A program made the translations under genes and the position numbers. From Pseudomonadota bacterium (GTDB lineage: Bacteria; Pseudomonadota; Alphaproteobacteria; Rhodobacterales; Rhodobacteraceae): a stretch of 64,000 nt of DNA. The DNA lies in the NCBI GenBank assembly GCA_039197515.1, contig JBCCUC010000004.1, forward strand, positions 35,567 through 99,566, written 5' to 3'. Positions 1 to 10,733 of the stretch are shown here, piece by piece (the first letter of the stretch is position 1; every line of letters begins with the position of its first letter). The notes below the pieces were generated by a model. That model was given only the letters and a program-made list of their open reading frames with translations. It did no database searches and had not been told where the DNA came from.

Positions 1-873
1 AGCGAGGTTGAGCGTGCTGCGAAACTCATCTAGAGCCTCAGGCGTGGCTTCGAGCACCAGCGCATCGCCCGCCTCAAGTGCGACGTTGCGCGCAGGCCCG
101 TAGCGGCGCTTGCCTGCGCGCATGAGACCGAGGATTGCGACATCAGCGTTCTCTGCCGCGGGCAGCAGTTCTTTCAGACGTTTGCCAATGTGCTTACTAT
201 CCGCGGGCACCACCAGCTCGGCGATGTAGGGGGCGATGTCTTCTCCGCTGAGGCCGGCGTCCTCCCGCGCGGGGATGAGCCGCCAACCGATGAGCGCGAC
301 AAAGGCCAGCCCCGCAATCGCTGCCACGCCCCCCACGGGGGCAAAATCGAACATGGCAAAGGGCGCGCCCAAAGCTTCCTCCCGGATCGAGGCGATGATG
401 ATGTTGGGCGGGGTGCCAATCAGGGTCACCATCCCGCCGAGGATCGTGGCAAAGCTCAAGGGCATGAGGCTGAGCCCCGGTCCGCGCCCCGCTTTGCGCG
501 CGGTTTGGATATCGACGGGCATCAGCAGTGCAAGGGCCGCCACGTTGTTCATAAAGGCCGAGAGCACGCCGCCCACGGCCCCCATCAGCGCGATATGCGC
601 GCCCAAAGAACGAGAGGCATCCACCAGCGTGCGGGTGATCAGGAGCACCGCACCCGACCTTACAAGCCCTGCAGAAACGACCAGCACAAGCGCCACGACC
701 AGTGTGGCGGGATGCCCAAAGCCCGAGAACGCTTCTTGCCCCGGCACAACACCGAGGACCACGCCCACCATGAGCGCGCCGAACGCCACAATGTCGTAGC
801 GGAACTTGCCCCAGAGCAATAAGCCAAAGACCGCGCCAAAAAGGCAGAAGAGGATGATCTGGTCCGTCGTCAT
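1..873 (-). CDS. SLC13-family permease with TrkA-C domain (5' part; runs off the window start)
   Basis: Translated by hand from ATG at 873: MTTDQIILFCLFGAVFGLLLWGKFRYD...SAFMNNVAALALLMP...GGMVTLIGTPPNII, typical DASS/SLC13 motifs. No stop before position 1, so it is absent from the ORF track. Confidence 0.85.
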   Translation of the reverse strand, partial: MTTDQIILFCLFGAVFGLLLWGKFRYDIVAFGALMVGVVLGVVPGQEAFSGFGHPATLVVALVLVVSAGLVRSGAVLLITRTLVDASRSLGAHIALMGAVGGVLSAFMNNVAALALLMPVDIQTARKAGRGPGLSLMPLSFATILGGMVTLIGTPPNIIIASIREEALGAPFAMFDFAPVGGVAAIAGLAFVALIGWRLIPAREDAGLSGEDIAPYIAELVVPADSKHIGKRLKELLPAAENADVAILGLMRAGKRRYGPARNVALEAGDALVLEATPEALDEFRSTLNLA

Positions 874-1021
874 GGGCTGATCATGCATGGTTGCAAAGCG
901 GTGGCAATGGTCGCCGAGGTGCTGACCCAATCGCCTAAATACTAGATCCAGGGTGGACAACGCGCGCCTTCTGCTTTCATCTATCATTCTGCGCCTTGGC
1001 ATGGAAAGAGAGGAAGCTGGC

Positions 1022-1369
1022 ATGAAAACCAACGTGCTTGTCTATGTTCCCGATGGTCTCATCGAGGATGATATCGTGACCACCGTGCGCGAGGTGCTGG
1101 AGAATGCCACGATCCGGTTTGTCGACAGCATTGATGCGGTGCGCGCCACGCTCGACAGTTACAAAGACTGGGCGTGGGCGGTGATTGACATGAGCGAAGA
1201 AGACCTCACGCGCCCAGAGTTGCGCGAGGCTTTTGCCAAGAACAATGCTCTTCCGGTCGTGCTCTCTCCGCCGGTGCAGGACCCCGATGTCTCGGACTGG
1301 GTCTTTCTCGACCCGCCCTTCAGCGCTGAGATGTTGCGGGAGGCCTTGGAGAAGACACGGCCCCACTGA
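1022..1369 (+). CDS. Stand-alone atypical receiver (CheY-like) domain protein
   Basis: GAGGA upstream of ATG 1022. Pattern VLVYVPDGLI...AVIDM...VVLS...FLDPPFSAEML follows REC topology, with the Lys of the KP motif replaced. Confidence 0.55.
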   Translation: MKTNVLVYVPDGLIEDDIVTTVREVLENATIRFVDSIDAVRATLDSYKDWAWAVIDMSEEDLTRPELREAFAKNNALPVVLSPPVQDPDVSDWVFLDPPFSAEMLREALEKTRPH

Positions 1370-1436
1370 CAGGTCCTTTGGCTGCGGCTTGCCCGGACGC
1401 GGCCGCGCGCCATTTCTGGGCGCACGGAGGTGTGAG

Positions 1437-2006
1437 ATGCCAGGCAAGCCAAATTATGAGACCTTAGAAATAGCTGGTACGGCTGCGCTTTGGTCCTGGT
1501 TGGACTCGCATCACGGGAATGCGCCGGGGGCCCTTCTGGTCACTTGGAAAGCGGCGCATGCCGATAAGTACGTGTCGCGGGAAGAGGTGCTTGACGCGCT
1601 TGTGGCCTACGGTTGGATCGACGGGCGGCGCTATGTCGTGGATGACGCAAAGACCGCGCAGTTCATCACGCCCAGGCTGACCCAGCATTGGGCGGACAGC
1701 TACAAAAAGCGCGCCGCACGCCTCATCGAGGAGGGGCGCATGCAGCCTGCGGGGGAAGCGAGCATTCAGGCGGGGAAAGCCAGCGGTTTGTGGGACTTCA
1801 TGGCGGATGTCGACAAGCTCATTGTGCCAGATGATCTCGGCCAGGCTCTGGGTGAGACCCTTTCTCAATGGGAAGCGCTCGCCCCGTCCTATCGCCGCAA
1901 TGTGCTGCGTTGGATCAAACTGGCCAAGACCGCGCCCACCCGCGCCAAGAGGATTGCGGCCACCGCGAAAGCCACCGCGCAGGGCGAAAAACTGCCTCAG
2001 ATGTGA
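1437..2006 (+). CDS. YdeI/OmpD-associated family protein
   Basis: GGAGG SD; motifs LWSWL..H, YGWIDG, TPR...W...K.RA..L...GRM..AG, and C-terminal RRNVLRWI..AKT..TR.KRI. Confidence 0.85.
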   Translation: MPGKPNYETLEIAGTAALWSWLDSHHGNAPGALLVTWKAAHADKYVSREEVLDALVAYGWIDGRRYVVDDAKTAQFITPRLTQHWADSYKKRAARLIEEGRMQPAGEASIQAGKASGLWDFMADVDKLIVPDDLGQALGETLSQWEALAPSYRRNVLRWIKLAKTAPTRAKRIAATAKATAQGEKLPQM

Positions 2007-2009
2007 GGC

Positions 2010-2039
2010 TTGCGACTGCGCGCGGTCCTGCCCTATAAC
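2010..2039 (+). promoter_or_regulatory. Candidate sigma70 promoter of yebC
   Basis: TTGCGA-N18-TATAAC about 30 nt upstream of the yebC ATG. Confidence 0.35.
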
Positions 2040-2071
2040 CCCGCGAGATACGCCAGAAGAGAGAGGGTTGC

Positions 2072-2821
2072 ATGGCTGGCCATTCCAAATGGGCGAATAT
2101 TCAGCACCGCAAAGGACGCCAAGATAAAATCCGTGCCAAGCTTTTTTCCAAGCTAAGCAAGGAGATTACGGTCGCGGCGAAAATGGGGGATCCCGATCCC
2201 GACAAAAACCCGCGCCTGCGCCTTGCGGTGAAAGAGGCCAAGGCTGTCTCCATGCCCAAGGACAATATCGAGCGTGCGATCAAAAAATCGGTTGCCGGAG
2301 AGGGCGACGACTACGAAGAGATCCGCTATGAGGGCTACGGGCCCAACGGCGTGGCGGTGATCGTCGAGACGATGACGGACAACCGCAACCGCACCGCCTC
2401 CACCGTGCGCTCCACCTTCACCAAAAACGGCGGCAATCTGGGTGAGACGGGTAGCGTGGGTTTTATGTTCGACCGCAAGGGTGAGGTAACCTATCCGGCG
2501 GATGCGGGCGATGCAGACACGGTGATGATGGCCGCGATTGAAGCAGGCGCGGAAGACGTAGAGAGCTCAGAGGAAGGCCACGTGATTTGGTGCGCGGATA
2601 TCGATCTCAATGAGGTGGCGACGGGGTTGGAAACTGAGCTGGGAGAATCAGACTCTACCAAGCTTGTGTGGAAGCCCACGACAACCACCGAAATGGACTT
2701 AGAGAGCATGCAAAAGCTCATGAAGCTGGTGGATGCGCTCGAAGACGATGATGACGTGCAACGCGTGACGACAAATTTTGAAGCCTCCGATGAGGTGATG
2801 GCGCAGTTGGACGTCGAGTAA
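2072..2821 (+). CDS. yebC: YebC/PmpR family protein
   Basis: [16 protein letters not shown]-terminus, [21 protein letters not shown]. Confidence 0.97.
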   Translation: MAGHSKWANIQHRKGRQDKIRAKLFSKLSKEITVAAKMGDPDPDKNPRLRLAVKEAKAVSMPKDNIERAIKKSVAGEGDDYEEIRYEGYGPNGVAVIVETMTDNRNRTASTVRSTFTKNGGNLGETGSVGFMFDRKGEVTYPADAGDADTVMMAAIEAGAEDVESSEEGHVIWCADIDLNEVATGLETELGESDSTKLVWKPTTTTEMDLESMQKLMKLVDALEDDDDVQRVTTNFEASDEVMAQLDVE

Positions 2822-2899
2822 ACTCCCGAAATGCGGTGACCTGGACCCTTGAAGGGCTCGTAATCCGCTAACGCCCCGGGGCTATCGTTTGAAAATAAG

Positions 2900-2923
2900 A
2901 AGCCGCCTTCGAGAAGGCGGCTT
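2900..2923. terminator. Probable bidirectional intrinsic terminator
   Basis: Perfect 10-bp stem AAGCCGCCTT-CGAG-AAGGCGGCTT between convergent genes, with an A-rich left flank and T-rich right flank. Confidence 0.75.
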
Positions 2924-2967
2924 TGGTCTTTTTGGCCGAGCCTATGGTGTGGCGCGCTTTGATGAGC

Positions 2968-3216
2968 TTAGCTAAAAATACTTGGTTTCCCGAACCAGCC
3001 CAACTTGCAGGAGCGCGGATCCGAGTCCGACTTTGCCGGTCTCAATTGGGTGACACGGGCCAGAGCGCTTTTGACTTTGCCAAGTTGCGCGCGCGCCCCG
3101 GTATTGTCACCGGCGCTGGCTTGAACGTTCAGGATCTTGGACTGCGTGTGTAGTGCAGCTTCAATAACCGCCAATTCTTCGGCGCTGACTTCCAGCTTTT
3201 GCAGTTTGTCGATCAT
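2968..3216 (-). CDS. Small hypothetical helical protein (82 aa)
   Basis: AGAGG SD before the ATG; natural composition (EELAVIEAALHTQSKIL); convergent with yebC on a shared terminator. Confidence 0.65.
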   Translation of the reverse strand: MIDKLQKLEVSAEELAVIEAALHTQSKILNVQASAGDNTGARAQLGKVKSALARVTQLRPAKSDSDPRSCKLGWFGKPSIFS

Positions 3217-3434
3217 GGGACTTACCTCTTGTTATGCCCGCAATGTAAGTAGCACCTATCTTCTACGCTAGAGCAGACCACTCGGATCACTGATATGTGT
3301 TTGTTATGTGTAGAATTTCTTACGATTCCGTGAGGCGCGCGTTAGCGCGCGCCCCCAAACGCGCCATGGGTCCATTTGCTTTTCATTGGGGGCGCGCAGC
3401 GATAGAGCGCTGAAACGTCTTTAGAAGGTCCAAA

Positions 3435-4034
3435 GTGCTCTCGTCGTTTATCCCAGGTTTCTTGCTCGGTCTGACCCTGATTGTTGCAATCGGTGCGCAG
3501 AATGCGTTCGTCTTGCGTCAGGGTCTGCGCCGCGAACATGTCTTTTGGGTGTGCCTCGCCTGCGGGGTGTCCGATGCCATCCTCATCGCAGCCGGTGTCG
3601 CAGGCATGGGCGTGCTGACCAAAGCGGTGCCGCTTTTTGAACCGGCAATGCGCTATGGCGGTGCTGCTTTTCTGGTGTGGTACGGGGCCCGCAATGCGCG
3701 CGCCGCGTGGCGGGGTGGTGCCGCCCTGGACACTGCTGGCGCGGTGAGCAGTGGGTTGGCCCCCACTTTGCTTACCATTCTCGCGCTGACCTGGCTCAAC
3801 CCGCATGTTTACCTCGATACCGTGGTGCTTTTGGGCTCCATTTCAGCGCAGTACCCTGACCGGTTGGCGTTCGCACTTGGGGCGATGACGTCGAGCATGG
3901 TGTTCTTTTTTTCCCTCGGCTACGGCGCGCTATTGCTGACACCGCTTTTCGCCAAACCCTCAAGCTGGCGCATTCTGGACGCACTGATCGCGCTCACGAT
4001 GTGGGGCATTGCGGCGAAACTCATCTTCGCTTGA
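3435..4034 (+). CDS. LysE/ArgO family amino-acid exporter
   Basis: LIVAIGAQNAFVLRQG and TWLNPHVYLDT signature motifs. Confidence 0.93.
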   Translation: MLSSFIPGFLLGLTLIVAIGAQNAFVLRQGLRREHVFWVCLACGVSDAILIAAGVAGMGVLTKAVPLFEPAMRYGGAAFLVWYGARNARAAWRGGAALDTAGAVSSGLAPTLLTILALTWLNPHVYLDTVVLLGSISAQYPDRLAFALGAMTSSMVFFFSLGYGALLLTPLFAKPSSWRILDALIALTMWGIAAKLIFA

Positions 4035-4080
4035 CGCTTCACATCTTGCCCTCGCCCGCCGCCCGCCGCAGTCTCCCGCC

Positions 4081-4983
4081 ATGACCGTCCCCTCCGCCAA
4101 CCGCCCGCTGATCGGCATCTTTTGGATGTTTGTGACCGGGCTCTGCTTTATCTTGGTCACAGCCCTCGTGAAATACATGGGACCCCGCCTTCCTGCGGCG
4201 GAAGCGGCGTTTTTGCGCTACTTGCTGGGGTTGATCTTTTTGCTGCCCGTCCTGACAGCCTTGCGGGATGCGCATTTGAGTCGGCGGCAATGGTCACTCT
4301 TTGGCCTGCGCGGCCTCTGCCATGCCTTGGGCGTGATCCTCTGGTTTTTTGCGATGACCCGCATCCCCATCGCGGAGGTCACGGCGATGAACTACATGGC
4401 CCCGATCTATGTCACGGTGGGGGCCGCTGTCTTTTTGGGGGAACGTCTGGCATTGCGCCGCATCATCGCGGTGCTCATGGGCATCGCCGGGGCCGCGATT
4501 ATCCTGCGCCCCGGCTTTCGAGAGGTCAGCCTCGGCCATCTTGCGATGCTCTGTGCAGCCATCGTTTTTGCCGGATCTTATCTATTGGCCAAAGTCTTAT
4601 CGGGCGAGACCAAACCATCCGTGGTCGTGGCGATGCTCTCCATCTTCGTCACGATCGGCCTTGCGCCTTTTGCTTTGCCGGTCTGGATCACGCCGACGGG
4701 CGGGGAACTATTGATCCTCTTCACCGTCGCGCTCTTTGCCACGCTGGGTCACTACACCATGACACTGGCCTTTGCTGCAGCACCTGTGACGGTGACACAG
4801 CCGGTGACCTTTCTGCAGCTTGTCTGGGCCACGGCGCTTGGCGCTTTGGCGTTTGCTGAGCCGGTTGACGTCTGGGTCATTCTCGGCGGATTTGTCATCC
4901 TGGCCTCTGTCACCTTCATCACCTGGCGCGAGGCCATGCTCAAACGCGAGATCACGCCCAACAGTAACGCCACCAAACTCTGA
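4081..4983 (+). CDS. DMT/EamA family transporter
   Basis: About 10 hydrophobic helices; FLGERL and ILRPG motifs, duplicated EamA pattern. Confidence 0.9.
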   Translation: MTVPSANRPLIGIFWMFVTGLCFILVTALVKYMGPRLPAAEAAFLRYLLGLIFLLPVLTALRDAHLSRRQWSLFGLRGLCHALGVILWFFAMTRIPIAEVTAMNYMAPIYVTVGAAVFLGERLALRRIIAVLMGIAGAAIILRPGFREVSLGHLAMLCAAIVFAGSYLLAKVLSGETKPSVVVAMLSIFVTIGLAPFALPVWITPTGGELLILFTVALFATLGHYTMTLAFAAAPVTVTQPVTFLQLVWATALGALAFAEPVDVWVILGGFVILASVTFITWREAMLKREITPNSNATKL

Positions 4984-4990
4984 GCGTGCA

Positions 4991-5016
4991 TTTTATTGAT
5001 TGACTGATCAATAAAA
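4991..5016. promoter_or_regulatory. BetI operator palindrome
   Basis: TTTTATTGAT-TGACTG-ATCAATAAAA, a perfect 10-bp inverted repeat 42 nt upstream of betI, matching the TATTGA-N8-TCAATA BetI box. Confidence 0.85.
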
Positions 5017-5058
5017 ATCGACCAGCTTTGCTGAGCTTGTATCAAAGGAGCGAGCCAT

Positions 5059-5634
5059 ATGCCCAAATTGGGAATGGAACCCATCCGGCGGTCCGCCCTT
5101 GTCGAGGCGACGATTGCTGAAATCGGGGCTGCGCACTCATTGGACGTGACGGTCGGGCAGATCGCAAAACGGGCAGGCATGTCCAGCGCGCTGGCGCATC
5201 ACTATTTCGGTGGCAAGGATGAGATTTTTCTCGCCGCGATGCGCCACATCTTGGCGGAGTTTGGCGGCATCGTCCGCCTGCGCCTTGCAAGCGCCGCGGG
5301 TCCACGGGCCCGTGCCGCCGCCATCATTGAGGCAAGCTTTGATGAGACCTGCTTCACCCCTGCAACAATCAACGCTTGGATGACCTTTTACGCCACCGCG
5401 CTGACGAGCAAGCCGACCCATCGCCTCCTGCGTCTTTATCAGCGCCGGCTGCGCTCCAACCTCATTCATGCGCTGCGCCCGGTCAGCGCGGACCCGCTCC
5501 AAGACGCCGAATTGCTCGCCGCTTTGATCGACGGTCTCTACCTGCGCGCCGCGCTCTGTGCGCGTGCGACCGCAGCGGACGCGCGCTTGCAAGCGCTCAA
5601 TGCCCTTGATCTCGTTCTGGACCGCGCGTCGTGA
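5059..5634 (+). CDS. betI: Choline-responsive TetR-family repressor BetI
   Basis: MPKLGMEPIRR N-terminus, TetR HTH (IAKRAGMSSALAHHYFGGK), RRLRSNL, ALIDGLYLR; first gene of the bet operon. Confidence 0.95.
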   Translation: MPKLGMEPIRRSALVEATIAEIGAAHSLDVTVGQIAKRAGMSSALAHHYFGGKDEIFLAAMRHILAEFGGIVRLRLASAAGPRARAAAIIEASFDETCFTPATINAWMTFYATALTSKPTHRLLRLYQRRLRSNLIHALRPVSADPLQDAELLAALIDGLYLRAALCARATAADARLQALNALDLVLDRAS

Positions 5635-7145
5635 GCCAGCCGAACATCTTGATTTTGATGGTTGATCAACTCAACGGGACGCTTTTTCCTGACGGTCCAG
5701 CCCCTTGGTTGCACACTCCGCACCTGCGGGCCTTGGCGGCGCGGTCCACGCGGTTTTCCACGTGCTACACAGCCTCACCGCTCTGCGCGCCAGCGCGGGC
5801 GTCGTTCATGACAGGCCATTTGCCGTCGGCCACGGGCGTTTATGACAATGCGGCGGAGTTCAGCGCGGCCATGCCAACCTACGCCCACCACCTGCGCCGC
5901 GCGGGGTATCAGACGTGCCTGTCAGGCAAAATGCATTTCGTCGGCCCAGACCAGATGCACGGCTTCGAAGAGCGGTTGACCACCGACATTTACCCATCTG
6001 ACTTTGGCTGGACCCCTGATTACCGCAAACCTGGGGAACGCATCGACTGGTGGTATCACAACATGGGCTCGGTCACGGGCGCGGGTGTGGCAGAGACCTC
6101 CAATCAAATGGAGTACGACGACGAGGTGGCGTATAACACAACCCGCCAGATTTATGAATATGCGCGCCGCGGCGATGCGCGGCCCTGGTGCCTTACCGTA
6201 AGCTTCACGCACCCCCACGATCCTTACGTCGCGCGCCAAAAGTACTGGGACCTCTACGCCGATTGCGCCCATCTGCATCCTGAAGTCCCAGCCTTTGACT
6301 ACGAAGATCACGACCCGCACGCGCAGCGCATTTTCGACGCCAATGATTGGCGGTCCTATGACATCTCGCCCGATCATATCGCGGCAGCCCGGCGGGCGTA
6401 TTTCGCCAATGTCAGCTACTTAGACGACAAGATCGGCGAGATCCTCCAGGTCATGGAAGATACCCGGCAAGAGGCGATCATCGTCTTTGTCTCCGATCAC
6501 GGCGATATGTTGGGCGAGCGTGGGCTCTGGTTCAAAATGTCCTTTTATGAAGGCTCTGCGCGTGTGCCTTTGATGATCAGCGCGCCGCAGCTTGCCCCCG
6601 GCCGCGTCGATGCGCCGGTAAGTTTGATCGATGTCTGCCCAACGCTTTGCGATTTGGCGGGGGTGACCCTGGATGAGGTTATGCCCTGGACGGCCGGGCA
6701 ATCGCTCGTGCCTGTGGCGCAAGGCGGCATGCGAGAAGCCCCGGTGGCCTTGGAATACGCCGCCGAGGGCTCCTACGCCCCCCTGGTCGCACTACGCTAT
6801 GGAAAATGGAAGTACACCCGCTGCGCGCTTGACCCCGATCAACTCTTTGACCTCGACGCCGATCCGCAAGAGCTGAACAATCTTGCAGAAGACCCCGCGC
6901 ATCAAGGCACACGGAACGCTTTGCGCGCAAAGGCTGAGGCGCGCTTGGATCTGGCAGCCTTTGATGCCGATGTGCGCGCCAGCCAGGCGCGTCGGTGGGT
7001 TGTCTATGAGGCGCTGCGCCAGGGCAGTTACGCCCCTTGGGATCACCAACCGCTGCGCCGCGCCTCAGAGCAATACATGCGCAACCACCTCGACCTCAAC
7101 ATGCTCGAAGAAAGCAAGCGCGCCCCAAAAAGCGCGCGCCCCTAA
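5631..7145 (+). CDS. betC: Choline-sulfatase
   Basis: Sulfatase CxPxR motif (LCAPARAS), GKMHF, SDHG, WWYHNM, YMRNH; GTGA overlap with betI. Confidence 0.95.
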   Translation: MSQPNILILMVDQLNGTLFPDGPAPWLHTPHLRALAARSTRFSTCYTASPLCAPARASFMTGHLPSATGVYDNAAEFSAAMPTYAHHLRRAGYQTCLSGKMHFVGPDQMHGFEERLTTDIYPSDFGWTPDYRKPGERIDWWYHNMGSVTGAGVAETSNQMEYDDEVAYNTTRQIYEYARRGDARPWCLTVSFTHPHDPYVARQKYWDLYADCAHLHPEVPAFDYEDHDPHAQRIFDANDWRSYDISPDHIAAARRAYFANVSYLDDKIGEILQVMEDTRQEAIIVFVSDHGDMLGERGLWFKMSFYEGSARVPLMISAPQLAPGRVDAPVSLIDVCPTLCDLAGVTLDEVMPWTAGQSLVPVAQGGMREAPVALEYAAEGSYAPLVALRYGKWKYTRCALDPDQLFDLDADPQELNNLAEDPAHQGTRNALRAKAEARLDLAAFDADVRASQARRWVVYEALRQGSYAPWDHQPLRRASEQYMRNHLDLNMLEESKRAPKSARP

Positions 7146-7195
7146 CTTCATCTTTCCAATACAACTCATGCCCGCCGTCAGCACCGGACACGCCC

Positions 7196-8653
7196 ATGCC
7201 TTATGATACCCAACCGCCCGCCAGTCACTTCATCGATGGCACCTACGTCGAAGACACCGAAGGCACGCCGATCGAGGTGATCTATCCCGCGACGGGCGCG
7301 CGCATCGCCACCTTGCATGCCGCGACCCCTGCAATCATCAACCGGGCGCTGGCCTCAGCAAAGCGTGCCCAGGCCGCCTGGGCCGCGATGAGCGGCACCG
7401 AGCGGGGTAGGATCCTGCGCCGCGCCGCGGACATCATGCGCGCGCGCAATCACGATCTGAGCGTACTGGAGACCTATGACACCGGCAAACCCTATCAGGA
7501 GACCAGCGTCGTAGATGCCACCTCCGGTGCCGATGCTCTGGAGTACTTCGGCGGCATGGCCGCAACGCTGACGGGCACCCATGTGCAATTGGGGGCAAAT
7601 TGGGTCTATACCCGGCGCGAGGCCTTGGGGCTCTGTGTCGGCATCGGCGCGTGGAACTACCCCACCCAAATCGCCTGCTGGAAAGGCGCGCCGGCGCTGG
7701 CTTGCGGCAATGCGATGGTCTTCAAACCCTCCGAGACGACGCCGCTTTGCGCGCTGAAAGTCGCTGAGATCCTGCATGAAGCAGGCCTGCCAGCGGGGCT
7801 CTACAACGTTGTACAAGGGATGGGCGAGGTAGGGGCCGCGCTGGTTGAGGATGCCCGTGTGGACAAGGTCTCTCTCACCGGATCGGTGCCCACGGGACGC
7901 AAAGTCTATGCCGCTGCCGCGGCGGGGATCAAGCACGTGACGATGGAACTCGGGGGCAAATCGCCTCTCATCATATTTGACGATGCGGATCTGGAAAATG
8001 CCGTGAGTGGTGCGATCCTGGGCAATTTTTACAGCTCGGGCCAAGTCTGCTCCAACGGGACCCGGGTTTTCGTCCAGCGCGAGATCAAAGAGGCCTTTCT
8101 CGCTCGGCTGACGGAGCGCCTGGCCAATGCGGTGATCGGCGATCCGATGGACCCCGATGTCAGCTTTGGGCCCCTGGTTTCAGCGCGGCAGTTGGAGATC
8201 GTGCAAGGCTACATCGAGACGGGCAAATCTGAAGGCGCGCTGCTGGTGGCCGGCGGCGGCCGGATCGACCGTCCAGGCTTCTACATTGAGCCGACGGTTT
8301 TTGCCGATGTGACTGATGAGATGACAATCGCGCGCGAAGAGATTTTTGGTCCCGTCATGGCAGTCTTGGACTTTGAGGATGAAGAAGAGGTCATGGCGCG
8401 CGCCAATGCAACGGAGTTCGGCCTCGCCGCGGGGGTTTTCACCCGCGACTTGGCGCGCGCCCACCGGGTCGCGGCAGGCTTTGAGGCGGGCACCTGTTAC
8501 ATCAACACGTACAACGATGCCCCGGTTGAAGCCCCTTTTGGCGGATCAAAGCTCTCCGGCGTGGGACGCGAGAACGCCCACGCGGCGATTGAGCATTATA
8601 GCCAGCTCAAATCGGTCTTTGTGCGTATGGACGATATGGAGGCTCCCTTTTGA
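7196..8653 (+). CDS. betB: Betaine-aldehyde dehydrogenase
   Basis: ALDH motifs [39 protein letters not shown]; bet operon context. Confidence 0.95.
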   Translation: MPYDTQPPASHFIDGTYVEDTEGTPIEVIYPATGARIATLHAATPAIINRALASAKRAQAAWAAMSGTERGRILRRAADIMRARNHDLSVLETYDTGKPYQETSVVDATSGADALEYFGGMAATLTGTHVQLGANWVYTRREALGLCVGIGAWNYPTQIACWKGAPALACGNAMVFKPSETTPLCALKVAEILHEAGLPAGLYNVVQGMGEVGAALVEDARVDKVSLTGSVPTGRKVYAAAAAGIKHVTMELGGKSPLIIFDDADLENAVSGAILGNFYSSGQVCSNGTRVFVQREIKEAFLARLTERLANAVIGDPMDPDVSFGPLVSARQLEIVQGYIETGKSEGALLVAGGGRIDRPGFYIEPTVFADVTDEMTIAREEIFGPVMAVLDFEDEEEVMARANATEFGLAAGVFTRDLARAHRVAAGFEAGTCYINTYNDAPVEAPFGGSKLSGVGRENAHAAIEHYSQLKSVFVRMDDMEAPF

Positions 8654-8762
8654 GCGCGCTGATCCAAAGGCGCGCTGGCGCGCACGACATTCCTGGGTCT
8701 TGTGGCACCGTTTGCGCGGAACTTTGGTGGCGGATGGGACGAGGGCTTCTGGGTTTTGCTGA

Positions 8763-8801
8763 GAGGTGCTTGAGGCCACAGGTTGTGGCTCAAGACACCT
8801 C
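8763..8801. repeat. Intergenic hairpin between betB and betA
   Basis: GAGGTG-CTTGAG-GCCACA-GGT-TGTGGC-TCAAG-ACACCTC, a near-perfect inverted repeat. Confidence 0.6.
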
Positions 8802-8814
8802 CTCAAGAGTGCGG

Positions 8815-8892
8815 GGCGATTCCCCGCCGCGTCAAGGACAGGCCAATCAAAGATTGGTCGCTGCGCGATCCTTGACCCGGCGCGGAATCACC
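8815..8892. repeat. Branched palindromic element (REP/RIME-like) upstream of betA
   Basis: Outer arms GGCGATTCC..GTCAAGGA / TCCTTGAC..GGAATCACC enclose inner hairpins CCAATC-AAA-GATTGG and TCGC-TGC-GCGA. Confidence 0.6.
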
Positions 8893-8905
8893 AAAAGGAA
8901 CTGAA

Positions 8906-10563
8906 ATGCAGGCGGAGTTTGTTATTGTCGGCGCGGGAAGTGCGGGCTGTGCCATGGCGTATCGCTTGGCGGAAGCAGGGCGGACGGTGATTGTGATTGA
9001 GCACGGGGGCACCGATGCGGGTCCCTTCATTCAGATGCCCGCAGCGCTTAGCTATCCGATGAATATGAAGCGCTATGATTGGGGGTACGCCTCCGAGCCT
9101 GAGCCGCATCTGGGCGGGCGGCGGCTGGCCTGTCCGAGGGGAAAAGTCGTGGGCGGTTCTTCCTCCATCAATGGAATGGTCTACGTGCGCGGCCATGCGC
9201 AAGATTTTGATCATTGGGACGCCGCCGGGGCCAGGGGCTGGGCCTATGCCGATGTCTTGCCCTACTACAAAAGAATGGAGACCTGGCACGACGGCGGTCA
9301 CGGTGGAGACCCGGCGTGGCGCGGCTCAAACGGGCCTTTGCATGTGAGCCGGGGCCCGCGCACAAACCCGCTTTTCGCGGCTTTTGTGGAAGCCGGTCGC
9401 CAGGCAGGCTACCAAGTGACGTCTGACTACAATGGGGAGCAGCAAGAGGGTTTCGGCCCGATGGAACAGACCGTCTGGCAAGGGCGGCGCTGGTCGGCCG
9501 CAAATGCCTATCTGAGGCCTGCACTCGCCTCTGGCAAAGTAACGCTTGTGCGGGCTTTGGCCCAGCACGTGGTGATCGAAGAAGGCCGCGCGCGCGGCGT
9601 CTCGATCCTGAGGGCTGGGCAGCGCGAGGTCATCTCGGCCACCGCAGAAGTTGTTTTGGCAGCCTCGTCCATCAATTCGCCAAAGCTCTTGATGCTCTCT
9701 GGTATAGGACCTGCGGCGCATCTCCGAGAGCACGGCATCGCACCTGTCGCAGACCGGCCCGGTGTCGGGGCCAATCTGCAGGATCACCTTGAGCTCTACA
9801 TCCAAATGGCTTCCGCCCAGCCGATTACGCTTTACCGTTATTGGAACCTCCTGTCGAAGGCCCGGATCGGCGCGCAGTGGCTCTTCACCAAACCGGGCTT
9901 GGGGCGTCTAACCAATTTGAAAGCAGCGGTTTTATCCGGTCGCGGGCCGGGGTGCCCTACCCGGACATTCAGTTCCACTTTTTGCCGATTGCGGTGCGGT
10001 ATGACGGTAAGGTCGCGGCGCAAGGTCATGGGTTCCAGGCCCACGTGGGGCCCATGCGCTCTCCCTCTCGGGGAAGTGTGACGTTGCGCTCGCCTGATCC
10101 GGCGGATGCGCCCGTGATCCGCTTTAACTACATGTCCCACCCGCAGGACTGGCAGGACTTTCGCACCTGCATTCGGCTGACCCGAGAGATTTTTGCCCAA
10201 GAGGCCTTCCGCCCTTACGTCAAAGACGAGATCCAGCCGGGGGCAGCGTTCCAGACAGATGAAGAGCTTGACGCGACCATTCGCGAGCATGCTGAGAGCG
10301 CTTATCACCCCTGTGGCACCTGCCGCATGGGCCAGGCGGATGATCGCACCGCGGTGGTCGATCCTGAAGCACGGGTGATCGGGGTCGAGAAGTTGCGTGT
10401 GGCGGACAGTTCGATCTTTCCGCGCATCACCAATGGCAATCTGAACGCGCCCTCAATCATGGTCGGCGAGAAGGTTGCGGATCATCTGTTGGGCAAAGCG
10501 CCGCTGCCGCGCGCCAACGAGCAACCGTGGAACCACGAGGCTTGGGAGACCAGACAGCGCTGA
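8906..10563 (+). pseudogene. betA: Choline dehydrogenase split by a 1-nt frameshift near 9890 (true lesion or sequencing error)
   Basis: ORF 8906-10081 has [20 protein letters not shown] and NLQDHLE. ORF 9841-10563 continues in another frame with [20 protein letters not shown] and TNGNLNAP. Adding one A to the AAA at 9890-9892 restores [15 protein letters not shown]. Confidence 0.9.
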
Positions 10564-10733
10564 AGCGTTTCGATTTTTACCCTTGATCCCCAGGGCATTG
10601 GCACGCGATCGCTCTTTCCAGCCAGAGGCGACAGGCCTTTCCTTGGATGAAATGCGAAGCCCTGCGAGGAAGCGCTGCGAGATGGCGCGCATGTGACCTC
10701 TGAGCCGTTATGTCCGATAGCGGTGCGATCCGA

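Noticed and set aside
3217-3434. Possible remnant of a divergent LysR regulator upstream of the LysE gene
   Set aside because: No recognisable LysR HTH in any frame.
10577-10733. GKACRLWLERAIACQC in an alternative frame as the missing PccR Cys tail
   Set aside because: Cys spacing does not fit CxxCxxxxC and it lies about 100 nt beyond the expected position; probably chance, though a TBLASTN would settle it.
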